DNA from: Alphaproteobacteria bacterium
GTDB taxonomy: Bacteria > Pseudomonadota > Alphaproteobacteria > ATCC43930 > CGMCC-115725
Direction: 5' to 3'
Length of the DNA: 64,000 bases
Assembly: GCA_050246595.1 (NCBI GenBank)
Contig: JBFWVT010000021.1
Location: 822-64,821 of the forward strand
The notes beneath the pieces are model-generated. The model saw nothing but the letters and a program-made list of their open reading frames with translations, did no database searches and was not told the origin of the DNA. The position numbers were made by a program, and so were the translations under genes. Below are positions 1 through 10,732 of the stretch, one piece after another; positions within the stretch are counted from its first letter, which is position 1, and the number at the start of each line of letters is the position of its first letter.

Positions 1-655
<655 letters not shown>

Positions 656-694
656 TCATTCTGTGAAGAGCAACGCAATTGAGGAGAGCGCGGA

Positions 695-1582
695 GTGGCG
701 TGGATCATGACCCTGATCGGCGGGTCCGACACGACGGGCGTGCTGCCCGACATCGCCGCCGCGATTGCCCGTGCTCTGGACCTCCGCGCCGAACCCGACT
801 GGCTCGCGCCGGGAGCGGCCTGCGATCTTTCGATCGACGGCATCGCACCGGAGGCGGCCGACCGCGCCGCGCGCGCCGCGGTCGGCGCCGCCCCGATCGA
901 TATCGTCGTGCAGCCGCTCGACGGGCGCCGCAAGCGGGTGCTCGTCGCCGATCTCGAATCGACGATCATCGAGAACGAGATGCTCGACGAGCTGGCCGAT
1001 TTTATCGGCATGCGTGCGCCGGTCGCCGAGATCACACGGCGCGCGATGAACGGCGAGCTCGATTTTGCCGCCGCCCTCGCCGAACGGGTCGCTCTTTTGC
1101 GGGGTCTGCCGGTATCGGTGCTCGACGACGCGGCAAAGCGCATTCGAATGATGCCCGGCGCACGGGCACTGGTCGCGACCTCTCGCGCCGCCGGCATCCG
1201 CACCGCGCTGGTCTCGGGCGGCTTCGCGGTGTTCGCCGAACCGGTCGCCGCTTCGCTCGGCTTCGACCGGGTCGTCGCCAACCATCTCGACATCGTCGGT
1301 GGCCGGATCGCCGGCACGGTGCGCAGCCCGATCGTCGATCGCGACGCGAAGCGGGACGCGCTTATCGCGCTCGCGGCGGAAGACGGCATCCCGATGACGG
1401 CGATTCTGGCGGTCGGCGACGGCGCCAACGATCTGCCGATGCTGCTTGCGGCCGGGATCGGCGTCGCGTTCCGCGCGAAACCGGCGGTCGCCGCCGCCGC
1501 GCGCTGGCGCATCGAGCACGCCGATCTGACCGCGCTGCTCTATCTCCAGGGCTACCGGGCGGCGGAAATCGCTTCCGATTGA
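695..1582 (+). CDS. serB: Phosphoserine phosphatase (HAD superfamily)
   Basis: 295 aa. HAD motifs VADLESTII (motif I) and VGDGANDLPML (motif IV). Overall SerB-like layout. Confidence 0.85.
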   Translation: MAWIMTLIGGSDTTGVLPDIAAAIARALDLRAEPDWLAPGAACDLSIDGIAPEAADRAARAAVGAAPIDIVVQPLDGRRKRVLVADLESTIIENEMLDELADFIGMRAPVAEITRRAMNGELDFAAALAERVALLRGLPVSVLDDAAKRIRMMPGARALVATSRAAGIRTALVSGGFAVFAEPVAASLGFDRVVANHLDIVGGRIAGTVRSPIVDRDAKRDALIALAAEDGIPMTAILAVGDGANDLPMLLAAGIGVAFRAKPAVAAAARWRIEHADLTALLYLQGYRAAEIASD

Positions 1583-1614
1583 ACCCCGCTCGGCAGTCCG
1601 TCAGCCCTGGGAGA

Positions 1615-3114
1615 TCAGCCCTGGTCGAGGCGCAGCGCGAAAAAGCGCAGCTCGCCCTGGCGATCGACCAGCACCAGGATCGAGCTGCGGCCGGCCTTTT
1701 TGGCTTCCTCGATCTTGGCGGCGATCTGGCCCGCGCTCCTGATCTCCTGCTGCGAGGCCTCCAGGATCACATCGCCGCGTTCGAGCCCCTTCTGGGCCGC
1801 CGAACTGCCGCTGGCGACATCGACGACAACGACGCCCTTCTCGTCCTTTAGCGAGAATTTGTCCTTCAGCTCCGCGGTGATATTCGACAAGGTCAGACCG
1901 AGCGCGGTCACGGTCGCCGTCTCCGAGTGAGACGGCTTGTCTTTCGGAGCGTCGCTCAGGGCGGCCGTTTCGGTTTCGTCCAATCTTCCGACCGCGACCT
2001 GCAACGTTTCCTGGTTCCGCTTGCGCCATACCGTCACCGGCACGACCTTGCCGGCCTTGGTTGCGGCGACGACGCGCGGCAGGTGGCGCACATCGCTGAC
2101 CGGCTTGCCGTCAAAATTCAGGATCACGTCGCCGGGCTGGATGCCGCCGGTCTGGGCCGGGCCGCTTTCGTTGACGCTGGCGACCAGCGCGCCGCGCGGC
2201 TTGTCAAGGCCCAGCGTCTCGGCAACCTCGTCGGTGACGGCCTGGATGCGCACCCCAAGCCAGCCGCGCCGCACGACGTGCTCCGGGTCGCTGATCAGCT
2301 CGTTCGCGACCTCGCGGGCGATATTGGACGGGATCGCAAACCCGATGCCGATCGAGCCGCCGCTCGGCGAATAGATCGCGGTATTGATGCCGATGACCTC
2401 GCCCTGCGTGTTGAACATCGGGCCGCCCGAATTGCCGCGGTTGATCGCCGCGTCGGTCTGCAAATAGTCGTCATAGGGGCCCGAATGGATGTCGCGCTGC
2501 CGGGCCGACAGAATCCCGGCGCTGACGCTGCCGCCGAGCCCGAACGGGTTGCCGATCGCCAGCACCCAGTCGCCGACCCGCGCCTTGTCGCTGTCGCCCC
2601 AGACGGCGGGCACCAGCGTCTTGTCGGTCTTTATCCTCAGCACGGCGACATCGGTCTTGCTGTCGCGCCCCAGAACCTCGGCTTTGACGCGGGTATCGTC
2701 GTGCAGAATGACGTTGATCTCGTCGGCACCCTCGATGACGTGATTGTTTGTGACGATGTAGCCGGCCGGGTCGACGATAAACCCGGAGCCGAGCGAGGTT
2801 GCCTTGCGCGACCGCGGTTCCCGCTTCTCGCCGCGCTGGTCGTTGCGTTCGAGAAAATCCCTGAAGAATTCGTCGAGCGGCGAGCGCTTGCGTCCCGGCG
2901 ACGACCGTTCGCCCGGCTTGTCCGAGGTCACGTTCTGCGTCGTCGAGATGTTGACGACCGAGGGCAGCAGCCTCTCGGCCGTGTCGGCGAAACTGTCGGG
3001 TGCCGAACGCGCCGCGGCCGGCGGTATCCCGACCGACCACCCCAGCAGCAGCACGAACCCGGCCAGGGCGGCCGAACGCCGTAAGCGCAACGACGGAAAC
3101 GACACCTGTCCCAC
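1615..3114 (-). CDS. degP: Periplasmic HtrA/DegP/DegQ-family serine endoprotease with two PDZ domains
   Basis: 499 aa with an N-terminal signal peptide. Catalytic motifs TNNHVI, DVAVL and GNSGGPMF. It follows hflKC-DUF2065, as is typical in alphaproteobacteria. Confidence 0.9.
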   Translation of the reverse strand: MGQVSFPSLRLRRSAALAGFVLLLGWSVGIPPAAARSAPDSFADTAERLLPSVVNISTTQNVTSDKPGERSSPGRKRSPLDEFFRDFLERNDQRGEKREPRSRKATSLGSGFIVDPAGYIVTNNHVIEGADEINVILHDDTRVKAEVLGRDSKTDVAVLRIKTDKTLVPAVWGDSDKARVGDWVLAIGNPFGLGGSVSAGILSARQRDIHSGPYDDYLQTDAAINRGNSGGPMFNTQGEVIGINTAIYSPSGGSIGIGFAIPSNIAREVANELISDPEHVVRRGWLGVRIQAVTDEVAETLGLDKPRGALVASVNESGPAQTGGIQPGDVILNFDGKPVSDVRHLPRVVAATKAGKVVPVTVWRKRNQETLQVAVGRLDETETAALSDAPKDKPSHSETATVTALGLTLSNITAELKDKFSLKDEKGVVVVDVASGSSAAQKGLERGDVILEASQQEIRSAGQIAAKIEEAKKAGRSSILVLVDRQGELRFFALRLDQG

Positions 3115-3221
3115 TCCCTGCAGCAGCGCCGGAGACTCCGCCGCGTCAGATTACGAGAGAAGCGCGCGGCAAGCCAGTTGGATGTACCAGCTCCGTTCGC
3201 GTGGCGGCGCGCGATACCCTG

Positions 3222-3407
3222 CTATCGCCGCAACACCCAGACGATCGCGACCCCGATCGCGGCGACCAGCAGCCCCGCGCCGCGCAGGGTTTGCGGCGGC
3301 AACAGGATCGTGCGCGCCGCTACCCGCTTCATCCCGAGCGGGAACAGCGCGTAAAGGACGCCCTCGACCACAAGAACGAGGGCGAGCCCGGTCCACAGAT
3401 CCCGCAT
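3222..3407 (-). CDS. Small two-TM membrane protein (DUF2065-like)
   Basis: 61 aa (MRDLWTGLALVLVVEGVLYALFPLGMKR...) with two hydrophobic helices. It sits in the conserved position between hflC and degP. Confidence 0.6.
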   Translation of the reverse strand: MRDLWTGLALVLVVEGVLYALFPLGMKRVAARTILLPPQTLRGAGLLVAAIGVAIVWVLRR

Positions 3408-3462
3408 CAGCCGCCGCGCCGAAAGCCGCGGTCAGAAGCGGTTTCGGCGGTCGATCCGGCGG

Positions 3463-4566
3463 TCACGGCACGCGCGGCGTATCGGGAACCGTCTCGATCG
3501 GCGCTGGACCGGCGATCGTCCGCGGCGGCTCCGTCGCGCCCGCAGGCGGTATGGTCGCCACCGGCTGCGGTGGGACCGGCTGGGACTGGAGCGGCTGCGG
3601 CGGTCCGGCCATGGCGGCAGGCGGCGGAAGCCCCTGTGAGGATGCCGCGGAGGATGCCGCGCCGGGAGGCGGCGGCGCGGTCGCGCCGGCCGTGGTCATC
3701 GCTCCCGGCACCCCGCCAAAGTACCGGAAGAAATTCCCCTCGGGCGACAGCAGAAACGACGTGTCCTTGCCGTTGAGCGCGTCACGATAGGCCTGCAGCG
3801 AGCGGTAGAACGAGAAGAACTGCTTGTCCTGCCCGAACGCGTCGCCGTAGATCCGCGTTGCCTGGGCATCACCCTCGCCGCGCACCCGCTGCGCGTCACG
3901 CTGCGCGTCGGCCAGGATGATCGTGCGCTCACGGTCGGCGTTGGCCCGCACGGTCTGGGCCGCCTCGGCGCCTTCGCTTCGATACTGGCGGGCCTCCCGT
4001 TCACGCTCGGACTGCATGCGGGCGTAGATCGCCTGGCTGTTCTCCTCCGGGAGATCGGCGCGCCGGAGACGCACGTCGACCACCTCGATGCCGAACGCCT
4101 GCGCCTGGGCGGCGACATCGTCACGGATCTGGTTCATGATTACCGAACGCCTCGTCGAGAGGATATCGTTCAGCGTGACGTTGCCGAGCACGCGGCGCAG
4201 ACTACCGGTCACCAGGGCGGAAAGGCGGGCTCGCACGCCCTGTTCGGTGCCGACCGTCTGATAAAACAGCAGCGGGTTGACGATGCGGTATCTGGTATAG
4301 GCATCGACCACCAGACGCTTCTGGTCGGAAACGATGACCTCCTCGTGCGGCGGCTCGAAATCGAGCACCCGCTTGTCATAGGTGATCACGTTCTCGATGA
4401 ACGGCACCTTCATCTTCAGCCCGGGTTCGCGGATGACCCGCCGCACCTCGCCGAGCTGCAGCACGAGGGCCTGCTCGGTCTGTCCGACAATAAAGAAGGC
4501 GCTGGTCAGCAGGATGCCGGCCGCGACCAGCACGACGCCGATTATGGCAAGCAGGCGGGTGTTCAT
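3463..4566 (-). CDS. hflC: HflC, SPFH/band-7 modulator of FtsH, with a ~80-aa Pro/Ala-rich C-terminal tail
   Basis: 367 aa with an N-terminal TM helix and an SPFH domain. The 4-nt overlap with the upstream hflK stop is the typical hflKC arrangement. Confidence 0.9.
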   Translation of the reverse strand: MNTRLLAIIGVVLVAAGILLTSAFFIVGQTEQALVLQLGEVRRVIREPGLKMKVPFIENVITYDKRVLDFEPPHEEVIVSDQKRLVVDAYTRYRIVNPLLFYQTVGTEQGVRARLSALVTGSLRRVLGNVTLNDILSTRRSVIMNQIRDDVAAQAQAFGIEVVDVRLRRADLPEENSQAIYARMQSEREREARQYRSEGAEAAQTVRANADRERTIILADAQRDAQRVRGEGDAQATRIYGDAFGQDKQFFSFYRSLQAYRDALNGKDTSFLLSPEGNFFRYFGGVPGAMTTAGATAPPPPGAASSAASSQGLPPPAAMAGPPQPLQSQPVPPQPVATIPPAGATEPPRTIAGPAPIETVPDTPRVP

Positions 4567-5786
4567 CTGCGACGCCCCGTGGTTGGAGAGGACGCGGCGG
4601 CGGGCGGTATCACCGGTCCCGCGCCAGCCGCCGTCGCCGGTGGCGCGGCCGGAGCCTGTCCGGCCGCCGGAGCCGGTTGAAGCAGCTCGGGAAGCGGCAA
4701 AAACGGGAGCACGCCGGTCTCGCCCTGAGCCGATTTGTCGATGATGACCTTTTTGCTGTTTCTCAGGATCTCTTCCATCGTTTCGAGATAGAGACGTTGC
4801 AGCGTCACATCCTCCGCCTGCTTGTAAGCGTTATAGACCGACAGAAAGCGATCGGCGTCGCCTTGGGCGCGCGCGACGATTTCGGCCCGGTGGGCTTCAC
4901 CCCCCTGTCTGATCTGAGCGGCCTCGCCGCGCGCCCGCGGCAGGATATCGTTGCGGTAGGCTTCGGCCTCGTTGCGCAGCCGCTCGCGATCGGCGAGCGC
5001 ACGCTGCACATCGCGAAAGGCGTCGATAACCGGAGCCGGCGGATCGACCTTGGCCATCTGCACCTGGGTGATCTGAATACCGGCGCCGTAGGCGTCGAGG
5101 ATATGCTGCAGCAGCGCCTGTGTCTGCGATTCGATCTTGCCGCGACCCTCGGCGAGCGCCGATGCGATCGGGGTCTCCCCGACGACTTCGCGCATCGCGC
5201 TTTCGGCCGCCGACTTGACGGTCGCTTCCGGGTTGCGGATGTTGAACAGGAACGACTGCGCGTCCTTGATCAGCCAGAAGACCGAAAAGTTGATGTCGAC
5301 GATGTTTTCATCGCCGGTCAGCATCAGCGCTTCCTCGGGAAGCTGCCGGGTTGTCCCGCCGCGCGCCTCGCCCGTGCGATACCCGATTTCGACCCGGTTG
5401 ATGTGCGTCACGCTCGGCGTCAGCACCGTCTCGATCGGGGCCGGCAAATGGTAGTTCAGACCCGGTTGCGTCGTGCGGTTGTATTCACCGAAACGCAGAA
5501 CAATGCCCTGCTGGTCGGGCAGAACCCGATAGAAACCGCTCGCGAGCCACAGCGCGAGAATAACGGCAGCGACGAGTCCGATCCCGGCCGCGCTGCCGAA
5601 CCCGCCGGGCAGAATACGGCGGAACCGATCCTGGCCGCGGCGCAGAATGTCCTCGAGGTTAGGCGGTTGCGGTCCGCGCGGTCCGCCGGAGCCTGGACCG
5701 CCCCGGCCGCTGCCCCACGGGCTGCCGCCTCCACCACCGCGAGGTCCGGCGCCCCAGGGACCGCCGCCCTCACTTTTCCAAATCAT
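4563..5786 (-). CDS. hflK: HflK, SPFH/band-7 modulator of FtsH
   Basis: The start was moved to the internal ATG at 5786 (MIWKSEGGGPWGAGPRGGGGGSPWG...), which gives the Gly-rich N-terminus typical of HflK. SPFH domain present. The ORF-track start at 5855 adds 23 unlikely residues. Confidence 0.88.
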   Translation of the reverse strand: MIWKSEGGGPWGAGPRGGGGGSPWGSGRGGPGSGGPRGPQPPNLEDILRRGQDRFRRILPGGFGSAAGIGLVAAVILALWLASGFYRVLPDQQGIVLRFGEYNRTTQPGLNYHLPAPIETVLTPSVTHINRVEIGYRTGEARGGTTRQLPEEALMLTGDENIVDINFSVFWLIKDAQSFLFNIRNPEATVKSAAESAMREVVGETPIASALAEGRGKIESQTQALLQHILDAYGAGIQITQVQMAKVDPPAPVIDAFRDVQRALADRERLRNEAEAYRNDILPRARGEAAQIRQGGEAHRAEIVARAQGDADRFLSVYNAYKQAEDVTLQRLYLETMEEILRNSKKVIIDKSAQGETGVLPFLPLPELLQPAPAAGQAPAAPPATAAGAGPVIPPAAASSPTTGRRR

Positions 5787-6005
5787 TGAAGATCCCTTTT
5801 TCCGCGGCTGCGATCGCGCTTTATAACATTCGATGGCGCGGCGCGCGGCCGGCAAGTCGCGGATGGCCGACCGTGACGCGAAAAAAGGGAGTGCGGGCGG
5901 GCATTGTCAAGATGTTGTCAGGGGCGTTCGCCGGTCCCAAATGCCGGCAATCCCGCCTCCTCGCCCCGCAGGCGGCGTCGCGACGGGCGGGACGCGGGAG
6001 CAGCA

Positions 6006-7169
6006 ATGGCCATCACCGAAAAACAGGTTCTCGATGCGCTGCGGACGGTGCGCGACCCGGACAGGGGCGCGGACATCGTCACGCTCGGCATGGTATCGGG
6101 GGTTGTCGTGCGCGACGGCGTCGTCGGGTTCGCGATCGAGGTCGAGCCGCAACGCGGCGCCCGCCTCGAACCACTGCGCAAACAGGCCGAGCAGGTGGTC
6201 GAAGCGTTGCCCGAGGTCCTCTCGGTGACCGCGGTGCTGACCGCGGAAGCCGCCGGCAGGGCCGGCGCCGGACGGGGATCGCCACGGGGATCGCCAGGGG
6301 GATCGCCAGGGGGGCCACCGCCGGCTTCCGCACCGAATGCGGGTGCGGCGCAAGCCAAGAGCGCGCTGGCGCCGGGGGTGCGGGCGATCGTCGCCGTCGC
6401 CTCGGGCAAGGGCGGGGTCGGCAAATCGACCGTCGCCGTCAACCTCGCGCTCGGCATGAAGGCGAACGGGCTGCGGGTCGGGGTGCTCGACGCTGATATC
6501 TACGGCCCGTCGGTGCCGCGCATGCTCGGGATCACCGGTAAGCCGTCGATGGCCGATAAGACCACGCTGCGGCCGATGGAGAATTACGGTCTCAAATGCA
6601 TGTCGATCGGGTTTCTCGTCCCCGAGGACACGCCGATGATCTGGCGCGGGCCGATGGTGATGAGCGCACTGCAGCAGATGCTGCGCGACGTCGCCTGGGG
6701 CGAGCTCGACATCATGATCGTCGATATGCCGCCCGGCACCGGCGACGCGCAGTTGACGATGGCGCAGCAGGTCGCGCTGGCCGGCGCGGTGATCGTCTCG
6801 ACGCCGCAGGACATCGCGCTGATCGATGCCCGCAAGGGACTGGCGATGTTCCAGAAGGTCAATGTGCCGGTGCTCGGCATCATCGAGAACATGAGCTATT
6901 TTCTGTGCCCGCATTGCGGCGAGCGCAGCGACATCTTCTCCCACGGCGGCGCCCGCCGCGAGGCCGCCCGTCTCGGCACCGATTTCCTCGGCGAAGTGCC
7001 GCTCGACCTGGCGATCCGCGAAACCTCCGACGAAGGCCGCCCGATCACGGTATCGCAACCGGAATCGCCCTATGCCGGAACCTTCCGCGACATTGCCGCG
7101 CGGGTCTGGCAAAAGGTGTCGGGCGAGACTGCGACCCGTCGAGCGCCGCCGCGCATCGTCGTGGAATGA
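6006..7169 (+). CDS. apbC: Mrp/ApbC/NBP35-family Fe-S cluster carrier ATPase
   Basis: Start at ATG 6006 (MAITEKQVLDALRTVRDP, a DUF59-like N-terminus). Deviant Walker A ASGKGGVGKST and CxxC motif FLCPHCGERS. Contains a Gly/Ser/Pro-rich linker. Confidence 0.9.
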   Translation: MAITEKQVLDALRTVRDPDRGADIVTLGMVSGVVVRDGVVGFAIEVEPQRGARLEPLRKQAEQVVEALPEVLSVTAVLTAEAAGRAGAGRGSPRGSPGGSPGGPPPASAPNAGAAQAKSALAPGVRAIVAVASGKGGVGKSTVAVNLALGMKANGLRVGVLDADIYGPSVPRMLGITGKPSMADKTTLRPMENYGLKCMSIGFLVPEDTPMIWRGPMVMSALQQMLRDVAWGELDIMIVDMPPGTGDAQLTMAQQVALAGAVIVSTPQDIALIDARKGLAMFQKVNVPVLGIIENMSYFLCPHCGERSDIFSHGGARREAARLGTDFLGEVPLDLAIRETSDEGRPITVSQPESPYAGTFRDIAARVWQKVSGETATRRAPPRIVVE

Positions 7170-7200
7170 TGCCGCCGTGACCGGCGGCACGCGCTGATTT

Positions 7201-7236
7201 GGGACCGCCGGCGTCCCGCCGGCCGAAGGCCGGCCT
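7201..7236. repeat. REP-type double hairpin (family 'GGGACCGCCGGCGTCCCGCCGGC')
   Basis: gggaccgccggcgtcccgccggccgaaggccggc contains the stem GCCGGCC/GGCCGGC. Related copies lie at about 16506-16529 and 33856-33883. It is intergenic after apbC. Confidence 0.6.
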
Positions 7237-7296
7237 CGGAGCGGTGCATAAATCCATGCTATCTCTGCGATCGTCCGCAACCGGGGCAGTGATGCG

Positions 7297-8415
7297 ATGA
7301 ACGTCGCCGGCAAAAAGATGCGCACGATCTGGCTCGCGCCGGATGCTCCGCCCGACCGCCCGGCGATCGAAATCATCGACCAGACCCGTCTGCCGCACGA
7401 ACTTGTTATCGCGCGCCTGACCCGGCTCGGCGACGCCGCGCGCGCGATCCGTGACATGCAGGTGCGCGGCGCTCCGCTGATCGGCGCGACCGCCGCCTAC
7501 GGCATCGCGCTCGCAGTCGCCGAGGACCCGTCCGACAACGCGCTCGACCATGCCGCCGCCGGGCTCGCCGCGACCCGCCCGACCGCGGTCAACCTTGCCT
7601 GGGCGCTCGCCGAGATGCGCCGCACGCTGGCTCATCTGCCGCCGCAGCTTCGCCTCACCGCCGCGCTCGATCGTGCCGCCGCGATCGCCGAGGAGGATGT
7701 CGCGATCAACCGCGCGATCGGCGAGCACGGGCTGATGCCGATCTGGGCCGCCTTTATGGCGAAACCGGGCGAGACGCCGGTGCAGATCCTGACCCATTGC
7801 AACGCCGGCTGGCTCGCGACGGTCGATTGGGGCACCGCGCTGGCCCCGGTCTACCGCGCCCACGATGCCGGCATCCCGCTGCACGTCTGGGTGGACGAGA
7901 CAAGACCGCGCAACCAGGGAGCCAGCCTGACCGCCTGGGAGCTGGGTCAACACGGCGTGCCGCACACGGTCATTGCCGACAATGCCGGCGGGCATCTGAT
8001 GCGACAGGGACGCGTCGATCTCTGCATCGTCGGCACCGACCGCACAACCGCCTCGGGCGATGTCGCGAACAAGATCGGCACCTATCTGAAGGCGCTCGCC
8101 GCGCATGACAACAACGTGCCGTTCTATGTCGCGCTGCCGTCGCCGACAATCGACTGGACCCTCGACAACGGCGCCGCGATCCCGATCGAGGAGCGCGATC
8201 CGCGCGAGGTCACGCATATCGCCGGCTGGACCGCGGCCGGAGACCGCGTCGAGGTTCGGCTCACCCCCGCCGACAGCAAGGCGGCGAATTTCGCGTTCGA
8301 TGTGACCCCGGCGCGGCTCGTCACGGCGCTGATCACCGAGCGCGGCATCTGCCCGGCCTCGCGCGACGGGCTTCTGGGCCTGTTCCCGGAACGCCGCGCG
8401 CGCGGCGCCGCCTGA
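7297..8415 (+). CDS. mtnA: S-methyl-5-thioribose-1-phosphate isomerase (eIF-2B alpha/beta/delta-like family)
   Basis: 372 aa. Motifs IDQTRLPHE, MQVRGAPLIGATAAYG and VGTDRTTASGDVANKIGTY. Confidence 0.85.
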   Translation: MNVAGKKMRTIWLAPDAPPDRPAIEIIDQTRLPHELVIARLTRLGDAARAIRDMQVRGAPLIGATAAYGIALAVAEDPSDNALDHAAAGLAATRPTAVNLAWALAEMRRTLAHLPPQLRLTAALDRAAAIAEEDVAINRAIGEHGLMPIWAAFMAKPGETPVQILTHCNAGWLATVDWGTALAPVYRAHDAGIPLHVWVDETRPRNQGASLTAWELGQHGVPHTVIADNAGGHLMRQGRVDLCIVGTDRTTASGDVANKIGTYLKALAAHDNNVPFYVALPSPTIDWTLDNGAAIPIEERDPREVTHIAGWTAAGDRVEVRLTPADSKAANFAFDVTPARLVTALITERGICPASRDGLLGLFPERRARGAA

Positions 8416-8418
8416 CGC

Positions 8419-9369
8419 TCAGGCCGCCTGCGCGACGGGGTGGAAATTGCGCGGCAGCCCTGCCTTCGCGATTGCGCCGTACATCGTCACCTCGGGCAGC
8501 GCCTTCGCCACTAATTCGCGCACCCGCCCCAGGCGCTCGATATCGATCCCGGTCGCGACCCCCATCGCCTCGAACATAAAGGCGGTGTCTTCGAGCACGA
8601 TGTTCCCCGTTGCGCCCGGCGCATACGGGCAGCCGCCAAGACCGCCGAGCGAGGCGTCAAACCCGCGGCACCCGGCCTCGTAGGCCGCCAGCACATTGGC
8701 CAGCCCGAGACCTCGCGTGTCGTGGAAATGCGCGCAGACCGGCAGCGGCGCGACATCGGCGATGATCTTGCGGAACACGCGGCCGATCGCCGCCGGCTGC
8801 CCGTAACCGACCGTATCGGCCAGCAGAATGCCGTCGGCGCCGGCCTCGGCCGCCTGGTTGGCGATGCGGCGCACCCGATCCTCGTCCACATCGCCCTCGA
8901 TCGTGCAGCCGAACGACGTCGCCAGCCCGCAATTGATTCGAGGACGGTTCTCACCTCCCCGCTCGCGACATAGCTGTACGACATGGCGGAAATCCGCGAC
9001 CGACTCGTCGGTGCCGCGGCGCACATTCGAGCGGTTGTGCCCCTCGCTGACCGACAGCACAAAATTCATCTCGTGCACCCCGAGCGCGAGACCGCGCTCG
9101 GCGCCGCGCGAGTTCGGGATCAGCGCCGACACCGTCAGCCCCGGCAAGGTCAGCGCGTGGCGCACGACCGCCTCGGCATCGGCCAGTTGCGGCAGCAGTT
9201 TTGGCGGCACAAACGAGGTGACCTCGATCTCGCGCACCCCGGCTGCGTATTCGGCGTCGAGCCATGCCAGTTTCGTCTCGGTTGGCATGATCTCGGCGAT
9301 GCTCTGCAAGCCGTCGCGCATCCCGACCTCGCGGATCGCCACGCGGTCGTTTGCCCCCTGGGCGCCCAT
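8419..9369 (-). CDS. Hydroxymethylglutaryl-CoA lyase
   Basis: Start placed at ATG 9369 (MGAQGANDRVAIREVGMRDGLQS), preceded by AGGAGG 5 nt upstream. Motifs HFHDTRGLGLANVLAAYEAG and GGLGGCPYAPGATGN. The ORF-track start at 9747 is an upstream extension. Confidence 0.88.
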   Translation of the reverse strand: MGAQGANDRVAIREVGMRDGLQSIAEIMPTETKLAWLDAEYAAGVREIEVTSFVPPKLLPQLADAEAVVRHALTLPGLTVSALIPNSRGAERGLALGVHEMNFVLSVSEGHNRSNVRRGTDESVADFRHVVQLCRERGGENRPRINCGLATSFGCTIEGDVDEDRVRRIANQAAEAGADGILLADTVGYGQPAAIGRVFRKIIADVAPLPVCAHFHDTRGLGLANVLAAYEAGCRGFDASLGGLGGCPYAPGATGNIVLEDTAFMFEAMGVATGIDIERLGRVRELVAKALPEVTMYGAIAKAGLPRNFHPVAQAA

Positions 9370-9501
9370 TCGAGCCTCCTGCTGCATAGTCACACAAAAA
9401 TTAGGTGCGTTCCGGCGCGGCGGCAACCGTTGCGCGCCGGCGCACGCCAACGCTACGCTGTCCCGCAGGACATGATGTCCTTCGAAGGGGAGAACCGCAC
9501 A

Positions 9502-10443
9502 ATGTCCGTCCTGATCCTCGGCGGCACCGGGTTTATCGGCCGCCGTCTCGTCCCGCTGCTGGCGCAACGCGGCGAGGAAGTCGTCTGCATGGACATCAAC
9601 CCGCAGACCGCGAATTTTTCCGATCACGGCAAGCAGGTCCGCGTGATCCGCGGCGATGTCAGCCAGTTCGACGACGTGATGAACGCGATGCATGTCGCAA
9701 AACCGTCGCGCGTCATCAACCTCGCCTACTGGCTCGGCAGCGAGCACCCGCCGCGGGTCGCGTTCAAGCTCAATATCCTCGGCATGGACAATTGCTTCGA
9801 GGCGGCGCGTCTCGCCGGTTGCAACCGCGTCGCCTACGCCAGCTCATTGGCGGTGTCGGGCGAGCAGAAATTCTACGGCGACCGGCTCGTCACCGAGGAC
9901 GATTTCCGCCACGGTCATGTGCAATACGCGATGCACAAGATCTTCAACGAATGGCAGGCGCAGGATTACCGCGAAAAGCACGGGATGGAGATCACCGCGA
10001 TCCGTCCGGCCAACGTGACCGGCCCGGACAAGATCGTCGGCTCGGTCGATCACGTTTTCTGCATCACCAACCCGGCGCGCGGCAAGCCGGTCAGCTTCCC
10101 ATACAAGGACGCGATGCGCTGCCCGGTCCATGTCGATGAAATCGCGGAAATCTTTGCCCGAGTCATCATGAAGGACAAACCGGAGCACATGACCTACAAC
10201 ACCGGCGGCCAGGCGATCAGCCTCGGCGAGTTGGCCGATATCGTGCGCGAATACCTGCCCGACGCGCAGATCAGTTTCGAGAAGGAGACCGGCGGCAAGG
10301 AATTGTCGGGCAATTATATGATCGACAATACGCGGCTCGTACAGGAATTCGGCGTCCAATACCGCCCCTATCGCGAGCGCGTGTTGCAGATCATCAACGA
10401 CATCCGCCGCGAGGAAGGCTTGTCGCCGATCGGCACGCGATAA
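9502..10443 (+). CDS. NAD(P)-dependent epimerase/dehydratase (extended SDR)
   Basis: Start at ATG 9502 (MSVLILGGTGFIGRRL, Rossmann GxxGxxG). Catalytic YAMHK (YxxxK). ORF-track 8983.. is an upstream extension antisense to the lyase gene. Confidence 0.85.
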   Translation: MSVLILGGTGFIGRRLVPLLAQRGEEVVCMDINPQTANFSDHGKQVRVIRGDVSQFDDVMNAMHVAKPSRVINLAYWLGSEHPPRVAFKLNILGMDNCFEAARLAGCNRVAYASSLAVSGEQKFYGDRLVTEDDFRHGHVQYAMHKIFNEWQAQDYREKHGMEITAIRPANVTGPDKIVGSVDHVFCITNPARGKPVSFPYKDAMRCPVHVDEIAEIFARVIMKDKPEHMTYNTGGQAISLGELADIVREYLPDAQISFEKETGGKELSGNYMIDNTRLVQEFGVQYRPYRERVLQIINDIRREEGLSPIGTR

Positions 10444-10452
10444 GCATCGAAC

Positions 10453-10480
10453 TCCCTCTCCCCCCATTAGGGGAGAGGGA
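10453..10480. repeat. REP hairpin (CCCTCTCCCC / GGGGAGAGGG)
   Basis: tccctctccccccattaggggagaggga forms a perfect stem. Same family as the hairpins at 22185, 30450, 39231, 41335, 46418, 46505, 61431, 61536 and 63460. Confidence 0.7.
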
Positions 10481-10732
10481 GCTGGGGTGAGGGGAGATTA
10501 ACGGGGTAGCGGTAGAGTGCATAGATGGGTTGAGCAGAGGCCCTCCTCCCGCAGCCGTCTCGCGATGAGCTTCGCTGCGCTCAATTATCCGACACACTGG
10601 GCCGCTACAGCGCCGGACCGCCGGCCAGGCCAACGCAGCTATCGGTAGTTGTGGAAACCGCCTCTAAATCCAGCAACTTCCGCATGTTTACACGAAAGTG
10701 CCGGACATTTCATGTCAGCTCCGCCACGACAG

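Noticed and set aside
3463-5786. Pro/Ala-rich C-terminal tails of HflC and HflK, and the Gly-rich HflK N-terminus, as unusual domains
   Set aside because: Low-complexity extensions of this kind are common in high-GC alphaproteobacterial orthologues. There is no structured repeat or motif.
5907-7457. 516-aa minus-strand ORF
   Set aside because: It is antisense to apbC/mrp and has no recognisable motifs. The same reasoning applies to 16474..17547, 32747..33724, 34068..35411, 35469..37040, 37907..39247, 46477..48141 and 59573..60949.
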